NCBI GenBank assembly: GCA_009103225.1
Contig: RHPI01003369.1
Location: 913,490 to 977,489, forward strand
Source of the DNA: Chlorokybus atmophyticus
Taxonomy: Eukaryota > Plantae > Mesostigma and Chlorokybus algae
Length of the DNA stretch: 64,000 bases
Direction of reading: 5' to 3'
Part shown: piece by piece, positions 25,811-38,994 of the stretch
Layout: every line of letters begins with the position of its first letter
How positions within the stretch are numbered: the stretch's first letter is position 1
The notes under the pieces: model-generated
What the model was told of the DNA's origin: nothing
What the model saw: the letters and a program-made list of their open reading frames with translations, nothing else
Databases searched by the model: none
Made by a program: the position numbers and the translations under genes

Positions 25811-28270
25811 ATGGTTTTGGCGGCAATGGCGGCGGCGGCGGCGCTGGGGGCAGGCTTGTTCAGGAGGGCGGCCGGGAGGGGGGCTGCCTCATCCGCCGGG
25901 ACTAAGGCTGGGCCGTCTGGGACGACTCTCGCATCCACGGGCCTGCACGACCTTGATCATATCCTCTCATCTGCAATATTTGCAAGCATGCATGCATACT
26001 GAGCCAAGCCAATTATGCTACTGTACTGCTTTGAACGAGAATGCAACCTTTTGAATACACTGGTACACTTAACGGTGTGAGCACATATCCTTGGCGGTGG
26101 ACAAGCTCTTGGCACATTGCTGCTTGTCGCAGAGGACCTGTACGGCGGACCACCGGTATGGGATCGCAGTCCTGCTCATGTTTCCGCGTACAATGTGTTT
26201 GTTGCAGTTGTCACGCATGCAATGATAGCGAATTGTGCATGCACATGTCGCTTGTCAAAGCTTGCACAGGCTGTTTCTTGAAGTTCGGTGACTGCGTATG
26301 CATCACACAGCTGTTTGTAAACAATACCTGGTTCAGCTGCCAAACAATGCCCTGCAGTTAGTTACTCAGCTGGCTTGCTGCAGGCTGCGCTGTTGTCAAG
26401 GCATTATCTTGCAGAAGCTGTTGCCTGCGGGCATCCAGCGTTGCTCGTTGCCGTGCAAGAGCCTCCTGAAGCCATCATCAGCGCACTACCACAGCTGACG
26501 CAGCCTGCTTCGTCTGCTGGTGGCGGCGCCGATGTGGGTGTTCCGAGCCAGCCAGCTGATGAGCTACCGTCCGGTGCTTCAGAGCAGGTGCATGTCATGC
26601 ACAAGGTTGTGTTTGCACGCATCAGACATAGTACTTTGCGTGGTTGCGTTCTTGCATGTTAGACTGTACACACTGGCAGTTTTGCCTGCAAGGTAACGCA
26701 CTCTTGTTAGTCGACCAAGTTAAAAAGACACGACACATGCATGCAACGGTCGCTCACGAAAAGCGATGTGCAATGGGTCGGGTTGTGCGTCAAGTGTAGT
26801 GTGTAACAGCATGAGTGTGCTGAGTAGCGCATGCTTGCAGGATGGTCTTCGCATTGCATGGCAGTACAAGCGCTACATTGCAGAACAGGATGCATTGGAG
26901 ACACGGCGACAGCAGAGTCGCACAGCTGGGCCGAGTTTCCGCCGAGCAGGTATGCAGTACGCGCGTTTCAAGGCTCAAAGCTCACACTCGCGAATGCAAT
27001 AGCTGCTATCATAAGTGGTTGCAGGCTGCACAAACTGCTTGACACTGCTTGGATGGCAAGTGGGATGCGACATTCATGACCCGCATCGTATACCAAGTTT
27101 GAGTATCTTAGTGGCTATCTTTGTGTGGGGCCGTCTGCAGTACTTCAGCATCAGCTTATGTTGACATATGATGCGCGTCACATCACGCACTACACAGTGA
27201 ACACAAGCACGTGTGCTTCATCTTGTGCACAGGCCCATTGTCAACAAAAGGCTACTGCCATGGAATGGACCTGAGCAAGCACATGGATGCTGAAGTTGCT
27301 GCAGCGGCTGTGGCCACAGCTTACTTGGAAGATGGTGACGTTGCGTCTCAGCTGTACAGCGCATGCGCACAACATCTGCTGAGCTCAACCGGGTGCGTTG
27401 ATCACACGTGCATGTACGCACGTACAAGCAGGCGGTTGCTCATGTGTCTCAGTCTCATTGAGGGCTGTGTGGCAGAGCAGATGATGTTCATTCAAGCCGT
27501 CCACTCAAGCGCATTGTCATTCAGGGTTTAGCTCCTCGCCCTGGTGATCTCGCTGACTCCAGCTGGGTATGCTGCCTTCCCAATGCCCTTGCTGAGACTA
27601 TCAACCCTCTGCCACAAGTGTTGGTTATCTCAGCTCATTGATGCTGCAGGTTCGCCAACTACTCATTGCCGTCCATGCATTGCGTGGCCTGGTCAGAAGC
27701 ACCCGCTCAATAGCATTTATCTCCGTATGCGCATCCATGCTGCCAAGTTACGCCCTTTCGCAGCTGCACCACTCTGCTGATACTGTTTTCCGGTTGAAGA
27801 CTCAGCCAGGTACTCGATGAGGATATGGCACGTTCAGTAATGCAGCATTTTACCAACTTGCGAGCATGATGACGGATGTATGCTGCAACTGTTGTGTGGT
27901 GGTACTGCAGAGGAAGACAGTGGTATGTCCTTCACTGGTGCTACGCGGGATGTATCCTCATCGCTTGCGTACATGCACATATTCAAGATGACATCCATGA
28001 ACACCCTTGTAAGTGGCCTGTTGCATGAAAGTCGCTTGTGCGCAGTCTTGCCACAACAGCAGCTTGAACCATTGTTACTGGTACCATCAGGCACCGCCAG
28101 TTCGTGCGGCATCCGTGTATGTCATGAAGCGCTACCGCAAGCACCTTGCGCTAGAGCAGCTTCATTTACCTCCGGCTGATGCCAGCAGCTCCGAGCCAGG
28201 GCCGCAAGCAAAGTCCGCGTCAAGCATGTTGTGCGCTCCGGTGCCTGGCAGCAGCAAGCTGGACTTCTGA
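25811..28270 (+). CDS. ELP4: Elongator complex protein 4
   Basis: ASTGLHDLDH|ILGGGQALGTLLLVAED, LSRHYLAEAVACGH, LRIAWQYKRY, YCHGMDLSK, HIFKMTSMNTL, RKHLALEQLHLPP, terminal LDF*. Start may instead be the ATG at 25826. Confidence 0.92.
25959..26084 (+). other. U12-type (minor spliceosome) AT-AC intron, ELP4 intron 1
   Basis: 5' ATATCCTC, branch-point CACTTAAC at 26066-26073, 3' terminal AC, no polypyrimidine tract; removal restores DLDHILGGG in frame, and no GT donor exists after the conserved STGLHDLD. Confidence 0.85.
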
Positions 28271-29544
28271 CTGGCTATTATGGGCTATGTGCAATGGACC
28301 TGTCGACTGTATCAATTTGCTTCTCTAGCTTGAGGTGTCAGGGCATCATGCACCATGTTGCGAGGTGGTTGACAGTCAATTTGTATACATATTGTACTCA
28401 GAAGCAAGCTATCCGCCTATCCCAAAGCGCCATTATCAATGTTGTTATGTGTCTCCGTGAGTTCGTTATCATTCTTAATTACGTGGAAAGATGGTTGTAA
28501 AGCTCATTGTTTATGGTTAAATGACCATGGACGTGTTACAACATCTATATGTACCCTGATACATCGTGGCATCACCCTGTTCGTGAAATTTGTTAATGTA
28601 AATCCTTGAATACCTCTCAAGCAACATAATCAAGTCCGTTTAGTACTTGATGGTGATGGACAACACATTGAAACATACCATCTATTGTGTACTATACCAT
28701 CTCTTATGCACTCCATAAGCAATGATTGCGGCGATTGAGGGCTCACATGGCACATTACTGGAATGCTTTAGACATTCTAGTGTTGCCTGAGAGTGTGCTC
28801 CGTCCTGGCTCGCAAATGCAAGCTATTCGTATTTTGTGCACATGCTTTTGATGTTCAACTTCATTGACTTCTGCCACATTCGTGAGCACTTAAAAATGGC
28901 TGTAATTAAGTCGTACCGCATGCCGCATTATATTGTGTGCACAACTTACGTGAATAACAACTTTAAGCTGCTTGGACAACTCATGTGACCATTTTCAGGC
29001 AATCTGCTACGACGTATTGAGACTGAATTGAGAGCAAGTTCAAGAGTTTCTTGCACCACGGAAAAGCCCCATGCCCCATTGCTATGCAAGGTCATGTGCA
29101 TGTGCAGCATCAGGCAAAGGCCAGACTCATACCAAGATCATCAAATCCTACGTGGCTGCCACGCGAGCGGCGCCTCTGCGCCCGCTGCAGATCTCGTGGC
29201 CAGAGCGTCGCGCACAACAAGCCTCCGCTCAAACCCTCACCCGGGCATCCGCGACCCACAAGATCGACATCGGTTGCCGATTTCACTACCAGCCTACCGG
29301 ACATTTACCCACAACGCAGTTTTGTAACGAAGTGGGAAGTCACCTGCACTTATTGTGCACACTGTAGACCGGCCCGCGGGTACGTACCGGATTTTGAGGG
29401 GCAGCGCAGTGCACCGACAGGCACATCAGGTATAAGCGTCGGTGTTTATGCAGGAGCATGCACACAAGCTGTCTTGGGCCAATTGTCCAGCATTCTGTTT
29501 CGGCGTGAGCAGTGTAGCGTGTGGCAGCGGCGGCAGTGGCAACC

Positions 29545-30992
29545 ATGGCGGCGATGGCGAGCAGCAGCGGTGTGCTTCTGTCCAGGCCTGTCTTCAGCAG
29601 CAGGAGCTTCAGGGCGGCTTCCAGGCCCGAGAGGGTGCACAGGCGGATGCTTGTCACATGCAAAACGGATGAGGTGAGTGTGGCTTGGCTGCTTGCAGCA
29701 TGGCCGCGAGCTCAGCATGCAAGCTTGGTTGAAATCGTCTTACATTGTCTCATGTGTCCATGATTATGTTTGCAGAGTGAGAGCATGAGTGGTCAGATGG
29801 GTAAGAGCAAGGAGAAGGCGGTAAGTGGTATCGTTGATGCTCAACAAGCAAAGCTATAGCATTTGTACACAAAACCGTCTGGTTTGAGACGATCATAGAC
29901 AACCATTAGAGGTGCTGACTGGTCGTTTCATGCAGGATGGCTTCACTACCGGCCTCTTTGACAAGCGTGCAGATGGTACTCCCGTGGGCGGCACCAGGGA
30001 GAAGGAGGTACATGCACAAGACACAGTATTGACTTCTTGCTTGCTTGTTAGCTGCAACCCAACACCCATCCTTTGTTTGGCTTGCTCGCCGCAGGTGCCC
30101 TTCAGCGAGCAGGGCCTGACCAACCAGGGTCTCAACCCCCTCAAGGACCAGCCATTCGGGGAGAGCAAGGGCACTGACAAGAATCCCCAGGATGTGTCGA
30201 CTGCACCAGGCGCCATTGAGCGCATCAACGGCCGCGCCGCCATGGTGCGCTGCATGCATGCACCCGTTGGTCTTTTCGCCATTGCTGTGTTTCCGTCATA
30301 CCAACGCATATCAAGCCCTCTGTTCACCTTTTATACACACACACACACACCTGTCCAACAACTGGTTGACAATGTCACTCACAACTGTCTTGTGCACAAG
30401 TGTGTTATCGTTAATGCAAGTGCACATGCGCACATATACTGTTATGAGCTGGCATGCGTGTCTCAGACTGATGCAGTCCTGACTGGTAGTTTGTCAACAC
30501 TGTTGTACACAGATTCTGCATTAGATCTCTTAGTTGCTCATATGATAAGCTCTTTGCTTGCAGATTGGCTTCGTGATTGCGCTTGGAGTGGAAGTCTTCA
30601 CCCGAGCATCCGTGTTCGAGCAGCTGTCTTCATCCTCATGGGCACGCTGGGCCTTCTTCGCTGTGATCGGCTTGGCCACCCTCAGCACTCTGGTGCCACC
30701 AGGCCGAGGCGTCGGCGACCGTGAGGCTGAACGAGACGCACCGCAGCCGTTCAAGCCAGGAAGGGAGATTGTCAATGGCCGTGCTGCCATGATCGGCTTC
30801 GCTGGTGAGCTAACTTGTGCGGGGGCGTGCGCACGCGTGTGCATGTATGCCAATGCATGGGCGTGCATGTGGGTGTACACGCACAATAGGGTGTGTTGAC
30901 AGCTTGTTGGGTTGTACTGACTGGTTGGTTGTGTTGTGGCAGCTTTGCTGATTGTGGAGGCGCTGAAGGGAGGAGCTTTGATTAGCCTTTGA
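29545..30992 (+). CDS. ELIP: Early light-inducible protein (ELIP/LHC-like), plastid-targeted, 6 exons
   Basis: Transit-like MAAMASSSGVLLSRPVFSSRSFRAASR; two LHC motifs ERINGRAAM|IGFV and EIVNGRAAMIGFA|ALLIVEALKGGAL; all introns GT-AG. Confidence 0.9.
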
Positions 30993-32829
30993 GCAGGTTA
31001 TTTTTGTACATGTACAGTCGTAGTCACTGTAGCACTACTGAACATTCCATTTAGCATAGGCACCTTGCCTGTACATTAAAGCCTTGCAACTGAGATGGCA
31101 CTTTTGTTACGCCTGGAGCTGCTGTGCAATAGATAGGCACAATGTGCTTGGTTTCCTAAGCATGTTTCCCGCAGCGAAGCATGCCAGAGCTACGTTTACA
31201 GAAGTGTTCTCTTAGGCAGATATGCTTGCAGCAAGCCAGAGTGTGTGCGGGCTCAGATCTGACGCCTTTTGTGTTGCCTGAAAACGAGACAATATGAGTG
31301 CCAGTCCAGCAATACAGATTCTCAACTAAGCCACACAACAGTCATCAGAGTTGTAACACGCCAAGCGTGTTATAACCATCATACAGTATATACTTAGCAC
31401 ACAGCGGCATGCTGACAGAACTTGAAGATAGAGTGATGCCTGCAGCCGTGTCTCGGGCTCCTTGAGTTTATTTTTGGACAGAAATTTCAGTTGTAGCAGC
31501 GTGTTGGCATGTTTGTGCCGCGTCCACTGCCATCTACTATTCTCTCAGCAGTTTATACGTCATCAGCTTGACTTGGGCACGGCGGTCTTGCTGTGCCTCC
31601 GCTAGCTCACGGTTGACCAGCGCGGCTTCGACTGATGGTACGTCTGCCTCAGCTGTAAACTGTGCTGCGGCCAGAGCTTCCGCAAGGGTAGGGCCTTATG
31701 TAACGGGGGTCCTTTTTCTTACCTCCTTGTGATTCACTCGGACGGCAAGGGGTCCGTTGGTTTACTTAAACACTTAGTAGCGACTTTTGCACACGCTGAA
31801 TGACTTGGTAAACCCTGCATTCGGACTTGGGCGCCTATATCAATTTCTGAATCAATCGCGACTTCGCGTTTCCCCACAGAGGCCTTGGTTTCAATTTTCC
31901 CAAACTCAACATTTTGCTTAGCGACTTCGCCAAGTTCTATCCTTACCGCGGTGAACTATTCACTCCAGCAAAGGACGCCGCGGTGAGGCACCCAGTAGTG
32001 GGCAGGATAAGGAGAATCAACAGCCAATTCGACTTTTCGTGCCTTCCAACCCCACAATAGATTGAACTAACTCGACCTAGTTAAACAAGGTGGCATGTTT
32101 TAACATAGTTGCCAAACCCGCATGACGTTTCAATTTGTCTATATCTACTTGCGGTTGTAGGAGCCGGCAGCCGCCTACGCGTAAGTAGTATTTCAACTAG
32201 CCACTTACTTATGAATGCTTACGACGTCGTAAATGAGTGCTTGTTACGTGCGTGCCAAGTGGGAGTCAAGGACTTGGGGAATTTTTGCGACTTTTCGAAA
32301 CTAGCCTTACTCGCACTCTCTCTCTTATGGCCGCGGACTTCCATTGCCGCAAGGGGGTTTCCGTAACTCTAACCACTCGGCCCCAAAACAATAAACATTG
32401 ATTGACTCACTTTGAATCAACATATGTCGCTATTGAACTTGCGTCCTTGGATTAGTGGTTAATCCCAATTCCTTAGCAGGATCTTTTACTGGCTCCTTTT
32501 AACAATTACGCACAATGAAGCTTATATATAGGTGCTATGCTTAGAGAAGCGCATTTGCATAGGTGTGTCATGAGAGAAGCACTTGATGTAGCGCCTTAGC
32601 ACCTCCAATACCATGCACCTTCTTGGTTCCCAATTGAGGTCCTAAGAAAGACCTTCCTTGTCAACAGTAATGAAACCAATCATTGATGATGCAATTGCGT
32701 GCCTCAGCTTTTCCAAAGGTGAGTTCAATCACATCAACCGAATTAAACTAGGTCCACCTTAGGTTGTCCCTAATAACAAGTCGAGAAAAGATTATATATC
32801 ATCGCAAACAACCGCCCGAGATGAGCCCA

Positions 32830-34815
32830 CACTCATTTCGTCGCAAAATGTTACCCCTGACGGCCGACTGAATATATAGGACGGTCGTGGGTCTGAGGAT
32901 ACTCAGTCAAACTGTCGTTGTTCAGTCTGCCGGCGATCTCGATACAGGGGCCTGAGCATAACGGCCGTTAATATTGGTCGACGATCGTCTGCATAAAGGG
33001 ACCAACTCTAACCGACAGGTACCTGTAAGGATACCCATCAGTCAAGCAAAAGGGACTTAACCTAACTAACAAGTAACCCACCGGTACCTAATAGTTGGGT
33101 ACCGGCGACTATACACTAACTGATTGTAACTGACATGTACCTCATGGTACAGTTTAACCTCGATAAGTGCATACCATCGGGAACGGGCTTATGTATGCAC
33201 TTATCGCGTTTATGCATCCTTGTTAAGTGCATATATTATGCACCCGCTTTCAGTGCATATATTATGCACTTAGGCTTTGCATAAGTGCATAATCTATGCA
33301 CTTATTGAGTATACCTAATCCTGAGTTACGTTGTAACGTGTACGACCGTAACTATGATACACTGTAAATATAATTTGTCTGTAACTTAAGCGTAATTCAG
33401 CTTGATAAGTGCATAAACACACCAAAGGTTAAACATCTCAAGGTATGCACTTATCGATAAATGCATATGCTCTTAACGCACAGGTTTTCCCCCTGAAGAC
33501 GTCGGTGATGGCCGAATTTATGCACTAAACGCGGATATGCACTAATCGAATATGCACTTATTGAGGTTAGACTGTACCTGCCGTTACTAAAGGGTACCTG
33601 CAAAGGTACCTGTTGGGTACCGTTCAGTCATGATTGGATACCTCACGTGAGTGTCGTCAACAATGATGAAATATTCATAAAATGATATATTACATGTGTT
33701 GCAAGTCATACTGGTATTACGCTACAATATGAACTACTGTGAGCGGCTACTACTGCTGCTGCTACTACTACTACCACTCTAATCCAAGGCCTTATACTAA
33801 GTCGCCGCTCCTGCGCTCCACCGCCGCCGCCGCTCTTTGTCCACCGCCGCTCCTGCAAGCACAAGTCTATCACACCAGCGCCATCAACAGCAACATACAC
33901 ACCAATGCTCACAGTGTGACAACTTACATACACATGCTGTTGCTTGCCATATACCGTCGCCGACGCCTGGCCTGGCCTAGCCTAGCCTAGCCTGGCCTGG
34001 CCTGACCTGGCCAAGCCTAGCCGCCCTAAGATCAGAAGGGCAGTTAGGCTGCATGCGCTGTTGCGCATAACACAACATTATAGCACCAAGCAAACTTGCT
34101 TACTGTTAGCCGTTACCGCCGCCGCTGCACAACTCAACTGTTCAACTTGCTTGAAGCCGTTGAGCGTTTGAACCTTGGGCAACCCAAGTGATTCAAACGC
34201 GTTGTCACAATGGCACTATCGTACCATAAAAATGGTACGATGGTGCTATTGTAATAATGGGATTTTCGTACCATTTGTATGGTAGTTGCATGTACCATCG
34301 TTCCGCATGCTCGCCGGCAACAAAAGACGGGCGGTCACTTAATTGTCATGAAAGGTAGGTCGCCGCCGCACTAACGAACGATCGGTGGTCTGCCGTCACT
34401 CGACAAGCAGGCAGGTCACGGAATAGGGATTGACAGTGACCGGCTTGCCATAATACGACTAGTAGGCAAGCCGCCGCGCATACGGTAAGATGGTTATGGT
34501 ACGACCGGCGGCCGACCGTCGCAACAAATGACCGAAAGGTGACACTCTGCTATGCTAGATATGTCGCTATTGAGCCAAATAGACGACCGGCGATGCGCCG
34601 TCACTTGAAGATGCAGTGACGTCAAGTTTTAATTATCGCAGGGAGGCTTCAATCGCGTGTAGCTGTTGGCCGACCGCTGGCCGTCATTCTATGTTGCTGA
34701 GTAGCACCGGCCGTCCTATAAGTCCCTTTATGGACCAATCCGTTAGGTCAAGCAGGGTCAAGTACCCGTCAATCCCTCAATCCTTGGACAGTCACCGTGT
34801 CAAAATTTGCGACGT
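32830..34815. repeat. Unclassified dispersed repeat family, copy A
   Basis: Colinear similarity (about 65-75% by eye) with 37950-38994 plus 47111-47150: gcaaaatgtt..ggccgact..tcgatacag..ataacggccgt..gtctgcataaaggg..ggtacc..cgttcag.catgatt..gccgctcctgc..gggtcaag..ccctca.tcc..aatttg.gacg. Confidence 0.75.
33150..33574. mobile_element. Tc1/mariner (pogo-like) MITE, 425 bp, TA TSD
   Basis: TA|CAGTTTAACCTCGATAAGTGCATA ... TATGCACTTATTGAGGTTAGACTG|TA: 24-bp TIRs with 2 mismatches, many internal ATAAGTGCAT/ATGCACTTAT copies, no ORF; the paralogous empty site is at ~38288 (ggta|ccagccgtt). Confidence 0.88.
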
Positions 34816-35269
34816 TATTTGGTCAAATGTCTTCATACACAATTCATAGCTTTTCCCGTCATCTAAATATTTTCCATAACAAATATTTACATTCAACCAC
34901 CGGTCTATTGATGGTTTGCGCTTGGATCACTACCATAGGCATGGGTAACAGTTGTAGCAGGTTGTTATTACCTAGGTTAATTCGGACGAAAATGCTTTCG
35001 CCATCATGCGTGAGTTTTCTTACATGTGATGTCTCATTTTATACTCGAGGTTGCAAGTCCCTATTATGAACTTAAGCGCTCTTACACGCTTAACTTTAAC
35101 CACATAACAGTAACTTCATAATTATTAACATCAATCAACCCATTATCTCATTATCTATACAATGCATATAGCTTAGAACTAGCTTTGTGACACCTTGCAG
35201 GGTGCAGTTGGAACAATGGGAGCGGTAGGAGCGACATGAGTTGACACAGCGATGGCCAGGACCCCATAC

Positions 35270-35460
35270 CCTCCAATCTCATGTCGTGCAGCAACTGGCC
35301 TATACACCTCATGCGCCTCGTGGACTAAGCACTACGCAGCCATGCGAAAAGACATGACATCTGACCAGTTGGGGGTGTTAATCGCATGGTAGTACATCTT
35401 AGAATCGGACTTGGTGATCCATTCGTCCAACGGTGTTCTGCCAGGACGTCCATAAAAGGT
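35270..35460 (-). pseudogene. Possible decayed retrotransposon gag fragment
   Basis: FYGRPGRTPLDEWITKSDSKMYYHAINTPNWSDVMSFRMAA*CLVHEAHEVY resembles the capsid N-terminal pattern (F.G....EWI.K...YF..A...L..EA..Y) with an in-frame stop; similarity judged by eye only. Confidence 0.35.
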
Positions 35461-37949
35461 GAGACCATGTGTGGAGACTGCTGGCTCCATATCGTCACTG
35501 TCGAGCTAGTCGATGAAGTCGCCAACTCAATGACGGGAAGTAGTACGTCTGGAACTGCTTACTAATGAAAGACGGGGACTGTCGATGTTGTCGCCGTCCT
35601 CTTCTTCACTGAATTGTCCGTATAACAGGTTTGAGCCCCAACCAGCTGCCAAAGTCGCTGGTGTTCTCCTCAGCAACAGGGGAAAGCCCGTAATAATAAG
35701 TGGACTCTCTGGCTGCTGAGAACTCACTCATGCAAGTAGCATGGTGAGCAAAGGAGAATGCGAGGCAGAGTGTGTATGCTCTACTGCTGTTCCCCCGATG
35801 CTACCATTGAACACACTCGTGCGTGTAGATGCACTATGTGCTGACAATGTTAACACAACACCGATGCAACCAATGTCACGACAACGATGCTGTAACGCGG
35901 GGCTTGGCCGACTAGGCCATGATAGCAAAAGTCGCTACCATGAGAGGTTGTGTATTGCTGATTAATGCTTCATGCTCTTTTTAGCCTGTTCCACATTAAA
36001 CGGCATTGCAAATGCGAGCAACACTGATGCACGACACTCACTTGTACAAGGAGGTTGACGCTGTAAGACAACAAGCCACTACTAGAGGTAGCGCTGACAG
36101 TACAGTGTCTTGCATGAGGTAAAAATAACTCCATTGTTAAGTGAGGTGTATGAATGCGGCAAAACGTGGGTTCCACACCTAAATGGGGACCATACAACGT
36201 GCACCTATGCAACCACAATCACATCAAGTGACAAGCAATGCACGTTTGTATACGGTGCACTCTCTCACGTGTGGATGTGTCTTGGCAGCTGGGGCGGTGA
36301 GGTGATGCAATCACATCAAGCCACAACTTCATCTAGCGAGCAAGTTCAGAGCACTTCAAAGATTAACGTCCATACTTTTCAATTCTTTCAATTCAAGTTC
36401 AAGTTCTGGCTTACAGTGTCACCAACGTATAGAGATCAAGTGAAAACTGCTCATTTTAAAGATAACGGCTAATATATGAATCACCTAAATAAAGGTTTAA
36501 GTTAAACTCACAACAGATCAGCTGGTACGGTTATGACTGAATACTACTTACCTACAAGAGCTAAATCGCAACTGCTCCGTGTCGCGCGGGACCCATGCCG
36601 GTAGCCGGGGTCGATGCCTGACTGTAAGCATTAACGAGGAAGTTGGCCCCTCTTGGACCGCTAGCATAACAGGTTGTCGTTGTGCCCCACATAAAGCGCA
36701 CATAGCTTGAAGCACGACATGACCATCCGGTCTCAAATGCTCCGCATCATGTGAGACTTATCGTGACAGCTTTGCCGGCAAAGTGGCCGACGAAGTGGAT
36801 TTGCTGATATCTTATATCAACCTAGTGAATATGCTTGTTGAGTGCGCAAAGACGAGGCATATAATATTCAGGGATACATTACGCAAATCCAACACGAAAC
36901 CGCATCGCATGACAAGGTTGGCCGTTAATAGCAAGGAGAAGATGAAGTTGCATCGCAAAGTAGGGACGGGTCAGTTGGATGCTATTGAGTTGATGGCCCA
37001 TGAGGACTTTTTGCAAATAAACCATGCAGCGGAGCACTGATGACTTCAATGTGCTGCATGCTATTGCAAACGAGCTTGCCGCGCTATGAGGAGATATGTT
37101 ATGTTTGATTTTCACTCAAATGCCGCTTTGTGGAAAAAGCTGACACACTTACTATGTTGAAGCCCATGTTGATGGTGTTTATTATGGATAATTTTGCAGG
37201 AAAACAGTGAACACGTTATTATGTCTCTGCGGCGCGAGCTTAAGGAACACCTTTTTTCAATGGAATGGACGATCATTGTGGTACTCTTTACATTGTTTTG
37301 CTTTACATTTGTAAATTAAGTACCTACCTTTATCATGCTAGTGCTTGCTTGTACAGTTAGTGTGAATGGCCTCTGCTGCGCTCTGCAGGTGGCCTTTGCC
37401 GTCATGCTGCTGTTCGGTCGTAAGTTAAACGCCCAAGTCTAGTGAGGCCCGGATGGTCTTGGCTATACTTTAAGCTTAGCTTTATCTTTGCCCTTATGTG
37501 AACTTAATGTGTGTCTGCTTGTGCTGCATTCTTACCGATCGTTGGTTTGCTGTGTGCAACTCTTTCAAAGCTTATGGATACTCTATATGCTGATAGCAAG
37601 TGCTGCGCAGCTGAACATGCAGTATAATGTGCATCAAGCAAATTCTATATGCAACCTTGAAGCAAGCTGCTTGGCAAGGTGAGTGATCAAGACATAGGCT
37701 GAGACAGCAAGCACATCATGTTAGCACATTATGATAGATTGTGTAAATAAGACCATAAGGGAGTACATGTAGCGTATACTATTTCATGTATTTGGCATTG
37801 TGTACACAATCTACCCTCGCCGTAGTCACCCTCACTGCGATGATAATTCAACCATGCACAAATAGCATGTCCACATTTAATGACCATCACAATCGCTAGT
37901 AAGACCACCATATATGCCCTGTATAGGGCAATCTCAATGCGGCGGTGCT

Positions 37950-38994
37950 TCGCAAAATGTTTCCATGCCGGCCGACTAAATATTGGCAACGGCCGTGCAC
38001 CTAAGGATACCAATTGGACTGTCGTGGCTCATTTCACCTGTAATTTCGATACAGCAACCTGAGTATAACGGCCGTCTCCATCAGTTGGCGGCCGTCTGCA
38101 TAAAGGGATTGACCCTAACTGATAGGTACCTCAAAGTTACCTCTCAGTCACGATAACTTATTGAAGGCCTTGAACCTTGAAGGCGACTTTTCCTAATTGA
38201 CAAGTACCTAACCGTTACCTAACAAATAGGTACCGCCAATTGTACGCTAACTGAGCGAAATTGTCAAGTACCTTAAGGTACCTTCAAGGTACCAGCCGTT
38301 AGTGATGTGTACCTTTGCAGGTACATGTTAATACCGTTCAGCCATGATTAGGTGTCACACGTGATTATCGTCGCAAGAATGTGCTTGAAAATATTACACA
38401 AGAATTTACAACGTAAATTACACCGAGCTACTAGTACCACTACTAGTACTAATACCCTTATACAAAGCTGCCGCTCCTGCACCGCCCGCTCTAGCTCCAC
38501 CGCCGATGTTCCTCCTCCGCCGTCGGCGCTGAAAAGCACAAGGCGATCAAGGCAATCAAACAAGCGCAATGAACATACACAACATACACACTCACGTCCT
38601 TTTTAGGTGACTTAGTTGGGACTGAGTGGTCGCTTGCTTGCCAGTTAACGTTCGTCGCCGCCGCGGCTTATGTACGGCCGGCGGCCGGCCGCAGTACAAC
38701 TTTGACTCACCGGTATCATTCATCGCCATTAGGGGCCTGCACATTCACCTAACTATCATGGTATGTCGGTCGGCGTTGCGTTAGCTGGATGACCGGCGGT
38801 CGGCCGTCGACATATATATGTTGCTGTCACGTCATTACCGGTAGGCAACAGTCCATTTCACTGTACGATAGACGGTCGGCAATTTATTATTGTCCACAAC
38901 ATGCACCGGTAGTCCATTCTGTCCATTTGTGGCTCAAGTCGTTAGGTTCGTCACGACCTAAACGGTTAGGGTCAGATAGGGTCAAGCATTCGAC
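37950..38994. repeat. Unclassified dispersed repeat family, copy B (left part; continues at 47111-~47150 after the gypsy insertion)
   Basis: See copy A; the sequence after the right TSD (agtccctcagtcccttgtcagtc..aagatttgggacg) matches copy A 34768-34814 (aatccctcaatccttggacagtc..aaaatttgcgacg). Confidence 0.75.

Noticed and set aside
27955-27964. GTATCCTCAT, a U12 GT-type donor look-alike in ELP4
   Set aside because: Lies within a continuous conserved exon (RDVSSSLAYMHIFKM); the real donor is GTAAGT downstream.
28712-28790. Minus-strand EPSIAAIIAYGVHKR resembling Hsp70 NEPTAAAIAYGLDKK
   Set aside because: One motif with an insertion, flanks only vaguely similar and full of stops; cannot exclude chance without a profile search.
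31450-32350. Stop-interrupted minus-strand reading frames next to the repeat block
   Set aside because: Look like decayed coding sequence but match no family I recognise.
36783-37040. 85-aa ORF in the repeat block, considered as a tyrosine recombinase or transposase remnant
   Set aside because: No catalytic RHRY or DDE motif identifiable.
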